A stretch of 64,000 bases of DNA, taken from the NCBI GenBank assembly GCA_026770705.1, contig JANJGN010000038.1, forward strand, positions 2,170,001 through 2,234,000, in the 5' to 3' direction. Positions within the stretch are counted from its first letter, which is position 1. Every line of letters begins with the position of its first letter. The notes beneath the pieces were generated by a model. The model worked only from the letters and a program-made list of their open reading frames with translations. It did no database searches and was not told where the DNA came from. This DNA is from Isurus oxyrinchus (taxonomy: Eukaryota). A program made the translations under genes and the position numbers. Shown in pieces: positions 1 through 14,105 of the stretch.

Positions 1-1245
1 TTCCCAAGGACACATTTAGAAATCCAATTCATTGGGAGAGGAATTATGGTCTATAATTATGAATAAACTAAGGCAGGGAGGGAATTGATGTTTATGGGCA
101 GAAACAGGAACGAAGTAAAAGGCTGGGGTGAAAATGTAAGTAGGGAGGGAGAGCTTATTTATCCAGGGAACGAATAGAGTCAGGTGTCAGGGAGGTGAAT
201 AGAGTTTGTGAAAAGAGTATGGAGGTTGTGGCCAAAGCCAAAAATGGTGAATTCATTTACATTTCTGAAAATATCATGAATAGTCTGTATTATTTGTTGA
301 CACCTGGACTTTTGCAAACAATGCAATGCAAACTGCAGACCAGCTGTTTCAAGGAGAACCTTGTACCTATAATGCAAAATCCGATTTAACAAACAGATTC
401 ATACTTTCAATGGAGTGATGATCTGAACAGTAAATATAAGACGGCACAGTGGGGCAACAGTAACTTTGTGAAAACTTCTGGAGCAGCCTTTCTCCTGCTT
501 CTGGGAACTGAACAGATGAACAACTGATAGAGCGATTAGGAAACTGGACTTATCTAAAGATTGCACTATTCACAGTCCTACATCTCCAATCAGCTGGAAT
601 TGTTTCTACCAAGAGGAGCTGTTGGATAGTTAAGGTGAATCATCGAAATCTCTGGAACCGTCACTGAACAAAGGAGAAATGCAATTAATTCGTCCAAATA
701 CAACAGAATATTTTTTCTCGCCTGACAATTTGGATTTGGTGACTCTAAGACAAAGCGGGAAATGGCGGAAGGGAAAAGTGTTGCCTGGAGCTGAATCATT
801 ATTGGAGGTGTCACTAATTTCAGAGTTATTCGTGATCTATATTCTGTTCTGGTTTCTACACAACAGCGTCATTTACAATCTCCATCAGAACGTAACACCG
901 ATATCCACAAAACATATTTCTGATCAGATATTAGGCTTCTGTTCAGAAAGCATATTGCAGCTGTTCAATAACTATAATCTATCAATAATTTATTGCGTAA
1001 AATAGTCAACCAGCCAAATTATTTTTCAAAGAAGTCAGTTGAATCAATTCATAAACTGTAGAAACGTTCAACCGTGAACGGGGAATCAGCAACTGATGAA
1101 ATGATAAATTACAGAAACACAGAGCATTACAAGTCACAGAAGACAAGATAGACACAGAATATAATTAATCACCGCGCCGAAAGCACTTGGAAAGCAAGCA
1201 CAGCGAAAAACACGTTGTAAATAAATTTCGAAAATAATGACTCAC

Positions 1246-1342
1246 CAGGAACACCAACAGCAGCGAGGAGCGGATAGTAAATCCTTTGTAAATCATAAAT
1301 TACCCACAGAATCCGAAGTTCAGTAGGAATATACCAGAACAT
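1246..1342 (-). CDS. Exon 1 of a GPR139-like class A GPCR (exon 2 presumably lies left of the window)
   Basis: Minus strand reads ATG...MFWYIPTELRILWVIYDLQRIYYPLLAAVGVP + G|GTGAGT (phase-1 donor). YYPxLAAxGVP ending at a phase-1 intron is the TM1 signature of GPR139/142-like genes, and the gene at 17585 has the same structure. An in-frame TAG lies 2 codons upstream of the ATG. Confidence 0.8.
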
Positions 1343-1949
1343 GATCTAATTTTCTGCGAGATCCAATGAACACTGTTTGCACTGGAGGCAAAAATCTACC
1401 AAACATTAATCAACACATGAAAATAATGTCTAGATATAGGTGGAGAAGAGTCTCCAGTGATTCAATTAAACAATGCACTGAGCTACATTAGTCACAGCCG
1501 CTGAACAAACAAGATGACTTAATTATCCCATTCCCTGACCTTGTATGGGAACAACACCATGAAATCAACGTGGCATTCCTGACAAGTTAATTCATCCAAA
1601 AGCAAGCACGTTACTTCAACTGCTTTTGCAAAATAAACAGACCTACGGAATCATGCAGGCTTACAGCACTGATCAGAAATTGACAATTTCAATTCTCTGA
1701 TTATTTCTGAGGTAAAATTAAACCTGCAAATTGAGGATTTAAATTCATTTCTAAGGGAATGAAGTTAGCAGGCGTGTGAAAGTATGGGCAGGAACAGTAA
1801 TAGTCAGATAGCATGAAAGGGCGTTGATTATCTAACGATAAAAAACGGAAACTAGAGGATTGGTAATTTTAAACTGTTGTCAGCTCTAACAGCTACTGTA
1901 TAACGGAGACTATGCTCTGACAGTGGTTATTTAACTTTAACCCTGACAC

Positions 1950-2330
1950 TGTAAGTGATACCCCAGGGTAACAAACAGCGTGTGATTGATAACCATGGAA
2001 CATTGGTGTCCATGGAACTGAGACCCTGTCTATCACGGTGATCTTTTAAAGTGATAAATAAGTTCAGCAATGAGCTGACAACAGATGCCATCGTCAAATG
2101 GTGACCATATGATTGACATCTGGTGTTCTACTGGTCTTGCACCCGACATTTCAATCCAACGGTGACCTGTAACTGATAACCCGCGCTACCATTGACCTTG
2201 CACCTTACAGTCCGGTCCAGCAGCCACTTTGTAACTGATGTTTGAGTCCAAAAATGACTTTCTACCTGATATCCCAGTATAACATTGACCATGTACCTGA
2301 CACTTCGGTCTAGCAGTAACCTTGTGTTAC
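1950..2330. repeat. Degenerate ~35-bp minisatellite (TGACCTTGTACCTGACA...-like)
   Basis: Recurrent tgacc(t/a)tgta(a/c)ctga motifs at a roughly regular spacing. Confidence 0.5.
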
Positions 2331-2577
2331 GAATGCCTAATGCTACAGTTCATATGTTTTAGAATATAACCTTTATTTTTCATAATGAAATATTTGACCG
2401 TAGACAGTGGGGAGGTCGAGTTGAGAAGCTTGTAAAAGCTGCCCCAAAGTAAATGCATTTCAAACATTTACCATTTACTTTGGAGGTCATCAAACTTAGA
2501 AAAATCTGGGGCCGTAGTTCCCAGACTAAGCAACTAATTTTCTTGACTAGAGAATTTTAGGATGTAAGACAGGGAAA

Positions 2578-2618
2578 CAGAGAGAAAGAGGGAGAGAGGC
2601 AAAGAGAGACAGAGAGAT

Positions 2619-2662
<44 letters not shown>

Positions 2663-2710
2663 GTGGAGGTGGGGCTGGAGAGAGAGAACGACGAGAGAGA
2701 GAGAGAGAGA
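2578..2710 (+). repeat. (GA)n microsatellite with a G-run
   Basis: Directly visible. Confidence 0.95.
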
Positions 2711-2899
2711 AATGTGGATGTGAACAGGATGTTACCTCTTGTGAAAGTCACCGTTGAAAATAAGAGGTCGCCCATTTAAAACAGAGATGAGTAGATTTGT
2801 TTTTCATCAGGGGTTCGTTGTTCTTTGTAACTCTCTTCTGGAAAAGGTGGTGGAAGCAGAGTCTTTGAACATTTTTAAGGTAGAGGTGGACAGATTCTC

Positions 2900-3430
2900 C
2901 ATAAGACCATAAGACATCAGGGCAAAAGTAGACCATCCAGCCTATCGGGCCTTCCCCGCCGTTCAATGAGATCACAGCTGATCTGATAATCCTCAATTCC
3001 ACTTTCCTGCCTTTTCCCCGTAACCCTTTATCCCCTTACTGATTTAAAATCTGTCTATTTCAGTCTTAAATATACTTAACAACCCAGCCTCTACAGCCTT
3101 TTGCGAGAAAAAATTGTATAGGTTCACTACCCCTGAGGGAAGAAATTAATCCTCATCTCTGGCATAAATGAGAAACCCCTTACTCTGAGATTATGCCTTC
3201 TAGACCTAGACTCTCCCACAAGGGGAAACAACCTCTCAGCATCCACTCTGCCAAACCTTCTAAGAATCTTATATGTTTCAATTACGAAAACTCTTATTTA
3301 TCTAAACTCCAATGAGTACAGCCTCAACCTACTCAACCTCCCCACATAAGAAAATCCCTCCATGCTCGGGATGAACCTAGTGAACCTTCTCTTGACTGCC
3401 TCCAATGCTAATAAAACTTTCCTTAGATAA
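2900..3430 (-). mobile_element. CR1-type LINE 3' fragment
   Basis: Begins with the reverse-complement tail ccataagaccataagac. The body is the reverse complement of the LINE 3' ends at 27.9-28.26 kb. Confidence 0.85.
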
Positions 3431-3444
3431 TGGTTTATAATTAC

Positions 3445-6400
3445 CTTCTGAATGATTCCTATTCAGATTTAGATTGAATCAGATCTACATTTAGAATAAT
3501 TCAGATTCACATTCTTAATGATTCAGATTCACAATCAGAATGATTCAGATTCCAAATGAGAACCATTGTGTTACAGATTGTGATTGAATTATGCTAAAAT
3601 TAAGAATGTATCAGATTCACATTCAGATTGATTCAGATTCACATTCAGAATGATTAAGGTCGATATTCAGTTTGATTACGTTTCGCATTGAGAATGATTC
3701 ACATTCATATTCAGAATGCTTCAGATTCATATTCAGACAAATTCATATTCACATTCAGAATAATTTAGGCTCAGATAGTTGCTGATTCACGTTCAGGTTG
3801 ATTCGTATTTGGATTCGGATTGATTCAGACTGGGATTCAGAGGTAATCACATTCACATTCAGAATGCTTCAGATTCACTTTCATAATGATTCAAATTCAT
3901 GTTTCAGATTGTAGTTCAGAATGATTGAGATTCAGAGTCAGAAAGAGCAGATTGGCATTTTGGATGATTCAGATTCACATTCCTATCGATTCAGGTTCGA
4001 ATTCGGACTGAATCAGGTTCACTTTCAGGTTCAAACAGATTCGGATTGAGATTCATTCAGATCCGAGTTCAGAATGATTCAGATTGATATTCAGAATGAT
4101 TCACATTCACATTAGAAATTATTCTAATTCATATTCAGAATTCTTGAGGTTATGTTTCAGATTGCTTAATATTCACATTTGAATTTTTTCAGATTGACTA
4201 TGGGATTGTTTCATATTAGATTGTTTTATATTCGGATATACAATGAATCAGATTCCCATTCAAAATAATTTGATTAGAGTTCATAATGTTTCTGATTCAC
4301 ATTCAGGTTGATTCCGATTCACATTCTGCTTCATTACGTTTCACATTCATAATGATTCAGATTATCATAGAGATTGATTCTGATTCAATATTAGCAAAAT
4401 TGAGTTAGAGATTGTGATTAAGTCATGTGAAATTTCAGGACATGTCAGATTCTTATGCAGAAAGATACTTATTCACATTCAGAATCATTCAGGTTTAAGT
4501 CGATTCAGATTCACATTCAGAATTCTCCAGATTCAAACTTAGCAGCATTCATTTATTGGTTGTGAATGAATCATGTGAACATTCAGAACGTGTCAGATTC
4601 ACATTCTGGATGATTCTGGTTCACATTCAGAATGGTTCAAATTCACATTCACAACAATTCAGGTTCACAGTCAGATTGATTCAGATTCTCATTCAAAATG
4701 ATTCAGTTTCATATTCTGAATGAGTGATATTCGGCGTGGGAGTCATTCAGATTCTGATTCAGAACCATCCTAATTCACATTGAAAAATAGTTAGATTCAA
4801 ATTCAGAATGATTCAGAATCGGATTCTGATTAATTGAGCTTCAGATTCGGAATTATTCCGATTCTCATTTTGAATAGTTTAATGGAAATTCAGAATGATT
4901 AGAATTGGATCATGATTTATTGAGATTAACATACAAAATAAGTCAGATTCACATTCAGATGGATTCATATTTGGATTCAAATTGATTCAGCTTTACATTC
5001 AGAATGTTGCAAATTAACTTTGTGATTGTTTTATGTTCATATTCAGGCACTTTCATGTTTGGATATGCAATGATTCAGGTTCCCATTCAGAAAGATTTAG
5101 ATTCATATTCAGAATAAGTCAGGTTCACATTCAGGTTATTTCAGTTTCACATTCAGAATGATTCAGATCCACTTTCAGATTGATTCACATTCACATTCAG
5201 AATGACAATGATTAACATGGAGATTGATTTGGGTTCTCGTGGAGATTGATTCAGGTTTGGGTCAGATTCATATTCACGATCTGAATGATTAAGATTCACA
5301 TTCATATTGAATCTGATTCACACTGAGAAGTATTCATACTCACACGCAGAACAATTCAGACTCAGAATGATTCCAATTCACATTCAGGAAAATTCAGATT
5401 CATAATCAGAATGATTCAGATTCAGAAACGGAAAGATTCAGATTGACAAAGAGAATGATTCAGATTTGGGTTCATCTTGATTCAGATTCACATTCAGCAT
5501 GATTCAGATTCAAAATTAGTGCCATTGAGCTTCGGTTTGTGATTGAATCACGCGTACAATCAGCATATGTCCGATTTTCATTTAGATTCACATTCCAAAA
5601 TATTCAGATTGATATTCAGTTTGATTAAGTATCACAGCGAGCCTGACTCACATTCATGGTCAGAATCGTACAGATTCACATTCGGACTGATTCAGATTCA
5701 TTTTCAGACTAATTTAAATATAAACTGTTGATGATTCACATTCAGATTGATTCATCGTTGGATGAAGATCGATTCAGAATCGGATTCAGATTCATTCAAA
5801 ATCACATTCAGAATATTTCAGATTCACTTTCAGAATGCTCCTGATTCTGATTCACATTATGATTCAGACTCAGACTCAGACTGAGATTGACTCATATTAC
5901 GATTTAGATTGAATCAGGTTCGAATCCACATCCACAATGACTTAGATTCATATTCAGAATGGTTCAGAAAAACATTCTAAAGAAGCCAGCTTGATCCAGA
6001 TTCTGATTCTGAATGACTCGGATTCACATTTTTTATGGTTCGGATTCACATTCGGAATGATTCAGAGTCGGATTATGATTAATTGAGATTAAGCTGCAGA
6101 ATGATTCCGATTCACATTCAGACGAATTCAGATTCAGGTTCAGTTTCATCCAGCTTCAATTTCGGAATGTTATAGATCCACATTGAGATTTTTTTTCATA
6201 TTCAGATTCGGTTTGATTCATGTCCTGATGCACGATTCAGATTCTCATCAGAAGCATTTAGATTCATATTCAGAATTACTCAGCTTCACATTCAGATTAT
6301 TGCAGATTCACATTTAGAATAATACAGGTTCACTTTCAGAATTATACAGATTCAGATTCAGATTGTCATTATAAACGATTCCGTTTCATATTCAGGTTGA

Positions 6401-8430
6401 TTCATATTCAGATTCAGACCCAAATTCACAATGATTAAGACTCCTATTCACAATGATTCTGATTCACATTCAGGATGATTCAGGTTCTCATAGGGTGTGA
6501 TGCAGATTTTGATTCAGATTCAGATTCTGAATGATCTTGATTCAATTTCTGAATGATTCATGTTCAGATTGAGATAGGCTCATATTAAGATTCTGGTTGA
6601 ATCAAGTTAGAATTCACATTCATAATGATTTAGTTTCATATTCAGAATGATTCGGTTTCACTTTTAGAATGATTCAGAGTCAGGTTCAGATTGATTCGGA
6701 TTTGGATTCAGAATTATTTCGATTCACATTTTGAATGGTTCAGATTCACTTTCATAATGATTCAGAATCGGTTTATGATTAACTGAGATTCACCTATGGA
6801 ATGATTCCGACTGACATGCAGATCGATCCCTATTCAGCTTTAGAATGATTTGAATTCACATTAAGAATGATTGAGATTCATAAACGGAATACCTCTGCTT
6901 CAGAACAAGAATCAGTCAGATTGATGCAGAAATATCTTTGGCTTGTTGTAGATTCGCATTGAGATTGCTTCATGTTAAGATACCGATTAATATATATTCA
7001 GGTACACAATGATTGAGATTCTGTTTCAGAAGGATTCAGATTCATATTCAGAATGGCTCAGATTCACTTTCAGATTAATTCTGATTCACATTCAGATTGA
7101 TTCCCATTCACATTCAGAATGTTACATGTTCACATTCAGAATGATGCACATTCATATTCAGAATGATACTGGTTACCTTGAAGAATGATGCAAGTTCCCA
7201 CGGAGTTTGATTCAGATTTGGTCAGATTCACATTTTGAATGATTCAGATTCACATTTAAAGAGATTCATACTTGAAATTAGCACCATTCATGGATTTTCA
7301 ATTAATTATGTGAACATTCAGAACGTGTTGGTCTCATAATAGGATTCAGGCTCCGGTTCACATTCAGAATGATTTATTATCGTATTCAGCATGACTGAAG
7401 TTCAAATTAAATCAGATTCACATTCAGAATGACTCAGATCCACATTCATATTCATATTCAGAATGATATCAGATTCACATCCAGCAGGACACACCTTCTC
7501 ATTAAGAATTGTACAGATTCACATGCAGAATCATTCGATTCCCATGTGGAATGGTTCAGATTTGCATTCAGATTCAGTCACATTCTGAATCATTCAGATT
7601 CACCTTCAGAATAATTCAGATTTAAAACTCGTGCCATTGAGTTACGGATTTTGACAGAATCATGTGAACATTCAGAATGTGTCAGATTCACATTCAGAAC
7701 GATCCTGATTCACATTATGATTCAGATTCACATTGAGATTGAAGCATATTATGGTTGAGATTGAATCAGGCTTGCATTCATATTCACAATGATTTGGATT
7801 AATATTTAGAATGTTTCAGAATTATATTCAAATGTTTCAGATTCAGATTGAGGTTGATTCCATTTCTGGTTCCGAATGATTCGGATTCACATTTTGAATG
7901 GTTACGATTCACGTTCAGAATGATTCAGTATCGGATTTTGATTAATTGAGATCAACCTACAGAATAATACCGATTCACATTCAGATTAATTCACATTTGG
8001 ATTAAGAGTGATTCAAATTCTCCTTCTGACTGTTGCTCATTCACATTGAGATTTTTTCATGATTAGTTTCGGATTGTTTCATGTCCTGATTCACAATGAT
8101 TCAGTTTCCCATCAAAAGAATCTGGATTCATATTCAGAATGACTCACATTCACGTGCAGATTAATTCAGATTCACATTCACTTTGAATCAGATTCACATT
8201 TAGAATGAAATACAATCATATTCGCAATGATACTGATTCACATTCAGGATAACTCAGATTGAAATTTAGAAGGATTCCAATTTATGTTGAGATTGACTCA
8301 ATAGGATTCATTTTGCTTCAGTTTCGGATTCACATTCAAGATGAATTAGATTCATATTTAGAACGATTAAGATTAACATTTAGAATTATTCATGATCAGA
8401 TTCAGATTGATTCAGATTCTCATTAAAATG
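3445..8430. repeat. Satellite array, ~22-bp degenerate unit ATTCAGAATGATTCAGATTCAC
   Basis: Continuous GATTCA/CATTCA/GAATGA-rich tandem repeat over ~5 kb. Confidence 0.95.
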
Positions 8431-9612
8431 CATGTGAGAAGGTGCTGCGTAAAAAGGTTATTGTACAATGTAGGATCTCATTGGATTTGGGGCTAATGTA
8501 CTAGCATGGATTCAGGATTGGGTAACACACAGAAGGCAACGAGTCGGGATGAAAGGGTCTTTTTCAGGTTGGAAAGATGTAACTAGTGCATGCCACAAGG
8601 ATAAGTCACAAATCGTTCATAATTTGCTATCTATATTAATGACTTGGAAGAGTGGGGAAAGTGTAATGTTTCCAAATTTACTGATGAAATAAAAATAGGT
8701 GGGAGGGCAGGTTGTGGTGAGGACATAAGGAATGTTCATGGGGATATAGATAGGTTGAGTGAGTGGGCAAAAAAATGGAAGTTGGTGTTTAATGTAGGAA
8801 ATTGTGAGGCCATGCATGGCAGGAAAAATCAAATGGCAGACCTTTATTTAAATAGAGAGGAACTCCAAAAAAGTGATGCACAGAGGGATCTGGGTGTTCC
8901 TGTACATGGAAAACAAAATGTTAGCATGCCGGTGCAGCAAGAAATTATAACAGCAAATGGAATTTTGGGCTGTATTGTTAGGGGGTTGCAGTTCAAAAAT
9001 AACAAAGTCTTGTAACAACTGTAGAGGTTTTTGGTGAGGCCAAACCTGGTTTGTTGTGTACAGTTTTGGTACCCATATTTAAGAAATAATATACTGGCAT
9101 CGGAGGCAGTTCAAATAGATTCACTAAGCTGATGGCTGGGATGAAGGGGTTGACTTATCAAGAACGGCTAAGCAGATTTGGACTTTATTCATAAGATTAT
9201 AGACGAATGAGGGGTGATCTTTTTGAAACGTACAAGATTCTGAGGGGGCTTCACAGGGTAGATGTTGAGAAGATGTTTCAACTGCTGGGGAGAACAAGAA
9301 CTGGGGACATAGTTACAGGATTAGGGGCACTCCTTTATAAATGAGATGAGAAGCAATTTCTTCTCTCAGAGGATAGTGAATGGCTCGAATTCTATATCCC
9401 AGACGGTTGTGGAGGTTAGATCACTGCAAGCTTCTAAAGAAGAGATAGATAGTCTTTTGAAATGTCAGGGAGTTGAGGGCTACAAGGAGCTGGTACGAAA
9501 AAGGTGGTGAGGAACGGGGCAGGTCAGCCATCTTCATATAAAATGGCGGGGCAGTCTTGAGGGCCGAATAGCCTACTTGTGTTCCTGTTTCTTATGTTCC
9601 CATGTTCTTATG
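8427..9612 (+). mobile_element. 5'-truncated CR1 LINE inserted in the satellite
   Basis: RT C-terminal motifs (ORF 8644-9015: SKFTDEIKIGG, WAKKWKLVFN, RDLGV) and a 3' tail cttatgttcccatgttcttatg. Confidence 0.92.
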
Positions 9613-11050
9613 ATTCTGTTTCATATTCATATTGATTATATTTTGAATGATTCAGATTTGTAGTGAGAATGATCCAGATTCACCTTTGTAATAATTCAAA
9701 TTCACATTCAAAATAACTGTGGTTCATGTTCAGAAATGATTACTTGGAGGTTCAGATTGATTCCGACTCATGTTCAGAATCTTGGAGCTTCTGATTTAGA
9801 TTGAATCAGATTCTCATTCAAAATGTTTTATAATTATGTTCAGAACTATTCATATTCAAATTGCGATTGACTCATAGCCACAATCAGAATAATTCTGAGT
9901 TGAATTCATAATGATACAGATTCAGATTCATAATGTTTCAGGTTCACTCTCTAAGTGTTTAATGTTCACATTCATATTGATTGAGGTTCACGTTGAGAAC
10001 TATTCAGATTCACATACAGAAAGATTCAATCTCAGAACGATTTCGATTCAACTTCAGAATGATTCATTGTCGGATTCAAATGGATGCCGATTCTGATTGA
10101 GAAAGATTCAGATTCACATTTATAATGACTCCAATTAATATTCAGATTGTTTCCATTCACATTCGTTCCAATTCAGATTCACATTCATGATGATTCATAT
10201 TCACGCTCAGAATGATTCTGGTTCACAGCCAGAAAGAATCTTTTGAAGGTTGCGATTGATTTGGATTGATCTGAATTATTGAGCTTCTTTTTCAAATCCA
10301 GTTGTTAACATTCAGAAAGACTCAAAATTCACGTTCATAATGATTCTGATTCACCCTCTGAATGATCCAGGTTCACATTCATCTTGATTCAATATCACAT
10401 TGAACAGTATATAGATTCGCATGCAGAACGTTTCACACTGAAAATAATTCAGAATTCAATTCATAATGATTCATTTCCTGATTAAGAATGATACTGATTA
10501 GGAATCAGAATGATTCTGATTCACGTTCAGAATAATTATGGGTCAGATTCTGATTTTTTCCGATTCACATTGAGAGCAATTCAGATTCACATTCAGAATA
10601 ATTCAGATTCAAAATCCGAAATATTCTGATTGACAAAGAGAATGATTCAGATTCGGATTCAGCTTGATTCAGATTCGCATTGGGAAACATTCAGGTTCAA
10701 ATTTAGCACCACCTAGTTAAGGATCGTAATTGATTCAAATGAACATTAAGAATGTGTGAGGTTCACATTCTGATTGATTCAGATTCACATTCAGAATGAT
10801 TTAGATTAATATTCAAGTTGATTACGTTTCAAATTGAGAATTGTTCACATTCATATTCAGAATGATGCAGATTCCCATTCAGAGAAAAATAGTCAGATTG
10901 TTGCTGATTCATATTCTGATTCGGATCGTTTCAGAATCGGATTCAGGTTTATTCAAGTTCAGAATGATTCAAGTTCAGATTGAGATTGATTCAGATTCTA
11001 ATTCAGAACGATCCAGATTCTGTTTCAGAATGATTCAGATTCACAATTTT
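9613..11050. repeat. Continuation of the 22-bp satellite array
   Basis: Same unit as 3445-8430. Confidence 0.93.
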
Positions 11051-11051
11051 A

Positions 11052-12050
11052 AATCATTCATGGGACGTGGCCTTCTCTGGCCAGCATTTATTGCCCATGG
11101 CTTTTGCCTGTCGCTGGTGGTGAGCTGCCCAATTGCACCACTGATCTCCATGTGGTATTTTGGAAGGTGCTATCGAAGGAGGCTTGGTGAATTCCTCCAG
11201 CGCTTCCTGTGGATGGTACATGATTCTTATACTGTGTGTCGGTGGTGGGGGTAGTGAGTGTTTGTGGACGTGGTGCCAATCAAATGGGTTTGTTTTTTTC
11301 CTGGATGGTGTCAAGCTCCTTCAGAATTATGTAAGCTGCACTTAGCCAGTAAATTGGGGATTATTCCATCACACTCCTTACTTGTGCCTTGTAGATGGTG
11401 GGCAGGCTTTGGGGAGTCAAGAGGTGACTTATACGTCAGAGCATTCCTAGCCTCTGACCTTCTCTTGCTGCCACAGTCACCCAGGATATTGATTGTGGGG
11501 TTATCAGCGATGAGTTGCCATTGAACAGGGGGCAGTGATTGGGCTCTCCCTTTTGGAGATGGTGAATACCTTACTTTTGTGTGGTGTGAATATTAATTGC
11601 CACTTCTCAGCCCAAGCCCGAACATTGTACGGGTCTTGCAGCATTTGGGCATAGACTGCTTCAGAATCTGAGGAATTGCAAATGTTGCTAAACATTGTGC
11701 AATCATAAATAAACGTCCCCATTTCTGACCTTATGATGAAGGAAGGTAATTGATGAAACAGCTGAGGATGGTTGGGGCGAGAATACTACCCTAAGGATCT
11801 CCTGCAGTGATGTCTTGGAGCTGAGATGACGGACCTCCAGCATCCACAAGAACTTTCCTTTCTGCTAGGTATAACTTTAACCAACCGAGACTTTTCCCCT
11901 GATTCCTATTGACTTCAGTTTTGCCAAGGCCGCTTGATGCCGCACCTGGTCCAATGCTGCCTTGCTGTCAAGGGCAGTCACTGTCACTGTCACCTCACCA
12001 CAGGAGTCCTTTGCCCATTGTTTGAACCAAGTCTGTAATGAATATTTGTG
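11052..12050 (-). mobile_element. CR1-type LINE (second family), 3' fragment
   Basis: ORF 11504-11722 (AWAEKWQLIFTPHK). The reverse-complement tail (...gggcaataaatgctggcc...cccatgaatga) is the same as the copies at 54.6, 56.4 and 62.9 kb. Confidence 0.85.
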
Positions 12051-12059
12051 GTCCAGCTA

Positions 12060-14105
12060 TATCAATCCCTAAAATAAATAGAACCCCTGCACTAGGAAAT
12101 TTCTCCACCACTCCAACAATCACCTCTCTTGTTTTCAAATCGCCTTTTAAATTTAGATTTTTTTAATAACTAAATTGGCTTGAACGGCCATGAATTCCAT
12201 TAACCAATGCATTCTCTTTAGTAACTCCTCTGGACATCAGATGGCACTTTCACATAGCATTAATGTGTGCACAGGCCCTGTATCTCTTAGGGTCTTAATC
12301 GTCCTTCCTGCCTTGCTCGGAAAGCATGGATACACTTTCCCTTCGCATTTGAACTATTTAAGGGTCTCTGTAACTTGCCCTTGAGAACTTCCTTAGGCAG
12401 GTTGTGAAAACATCCCCACCTCTCTGATGAATACTGACTATTCCGTTTTCACCTTTGCAAGGGATATTGGCGTGTCCTGCATGTGTTCATCTTTAGAAGA
12501 CTGGTATTGTTCAGCTTGCTCCTTGTTAATAATACTTTTATAATCAGTAGGTTTCTTTACCTCTGATTCTATTGCTGATCTTTTTCCTACACTCAACTAT
12601 GTGCGTGAAGTATCAAAATTATCGGATAAAACCGTGATTTCCCTGGAGTTTTTAATGGTATTTCACCTAAATATGTCTTGATGGTTATTGGAATAGTAGT
12701 CCTACATTATTCCATAATCATAATGTTTTTTAAATTGTCATAAGTCTTATCTAACTTCAAAGACATAAGATTTGGTTCCCGAAGAATTTATTTAATTTTC
12801 TTGAAAACTCTACAAATGGTTGATTAGGTCTATTTCTTACAGACATAACCTTCAACTGATAAGCTTCAGTGCCAATTTCATAAACATTTAGTGTTGCCAT
12901 TTTAACTTCCTCGAAGCCTGCACATGGTTCCTCTAATAAGCTCGTGTACAGAATCGTTGCTGTACCTAAAAAACACTTAGTAACATTATAGTCGAAGTAT
13001 CTCTTGGCCAATTCAATTTCATAGCTACCTTTTCAAATCAGGTGAAATATCTTTCAATTCCATCCTCCGTAAAATTAGGCACGAACTTAAGATTTCCTCA
13101 AAGAAATCAAAGTCACCACCTGAATCAACAACTCTCCTTTCCTCCTTTATTCTAAGTTTTACTTTAGACAATTCATACTGCCTGGCTTCTTTCTCTCTCT
13201 GAAACTCTATATCTCTCTACTTCTCTCTTTCCTCAATTGCTACCTTCTGTCTCTATTGTTGAAGCTCGAGCTTTCTCATTTCTATTTATTAAGAACATAG
13301 CAACATAAGAAATAGTAACAGGGGTAGATCATTCAGCCCCTCGAGCCTGCTCCGCCATTCAATAACTTTTTCTGGTGTTTCAAAATCCACATTTCCACAT
13401 AACCCAGAAAGCCTTTGAGTCCCTTGCCTAACAAGAGCCTATCTATCTCTGCCGTAACAATATTCAATGACCCCGCCTTTAATACCTTATGAGGCAGAGA
13501 ATACCAAAGTCATACAACACTCTTTGAAGAAACAATTCCCCTCATCTCTGTCCTAAAAGACCTATTGCAACGTTTCTCTTTTCCTCATTTTGCTCTTCTT
13601 CCTCGCTCCCCATGCAAGCGTTTTTATTTCTATTTATTTTAACCTGTTCTTATCCTCCTCTTCCTCATTTTTTTCGAGTTCAGGTTTTCTCATTTCTCAT
13701 TTTACTTCTGATTCAAGTCTCTTCAGTTCCCTTTCTTGTTCAAGTTCAAACTTCTTCATCTGCAGCTGAAGCCCTACTAACTCCAGCTATGAAACACTAT
13801 TATCAAGTGTCTCTTCCTCTAACTTTAAATCCTGAGTAAGCACTACAACTAAATGAGCCTGAAAAATTCGCTTTTATTTCTACCTGGGCGTCATCTGATA
13901 ACTATTTCAGATATTTCAAATGCTCCAAAGTTACATTTTGCACTCCCAGAAAAGTCTTAGCAGTTGCATTTTGCAATGCAATCACTTTACAGTCCATCAA
14001 CACAAACCCCCTGACGTCAGTACTCTCCTCTAACTTGTATCTTTTTAGGTTCACAAATTGCAATTCAAGCAAATAATTTTAAATCAGGCAAAGAGCCCCC
14101 AAGTT
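12060..14105 (-). mobile_element. Decayed Gypsy/Gmr1-like LTR retrotransposon internal region (gag, protease)
   Basis: Minus-strand remnants: VPNFTEDGIERYFT*FEKVAMKLNWP...LLSVFLG (~12960-13090), VKMATLNVYEIGTEAYQLK (ORF 12757-13011), and the protease motif IKTLRDTG (~12277-12300). A PBS-like TGGGGGCTC lies at 14093-14101. Multiple stops. Confidence 0.82.
13290..13565 (-). mobile_element. CR1 LINE 3' end nested in the LTR element
   Basis: aagaacatagcaacataagaaatag...cattcagcccctcgagcctgctccgcc is the reverse-complement CR1 tail. Confidence 0.8.

Noticed and set aside
3445-11050. GAA/TTC-rich satellite as heat-shock or STAT element array; ORFs 5543, 7429, 9911, 10841
   Set aside because: Spacings (GAA-n3-TTC, TTC-n1-GAA) do not fit HSE or GAS consensus, and the ORFs are low-complexity repeat translations
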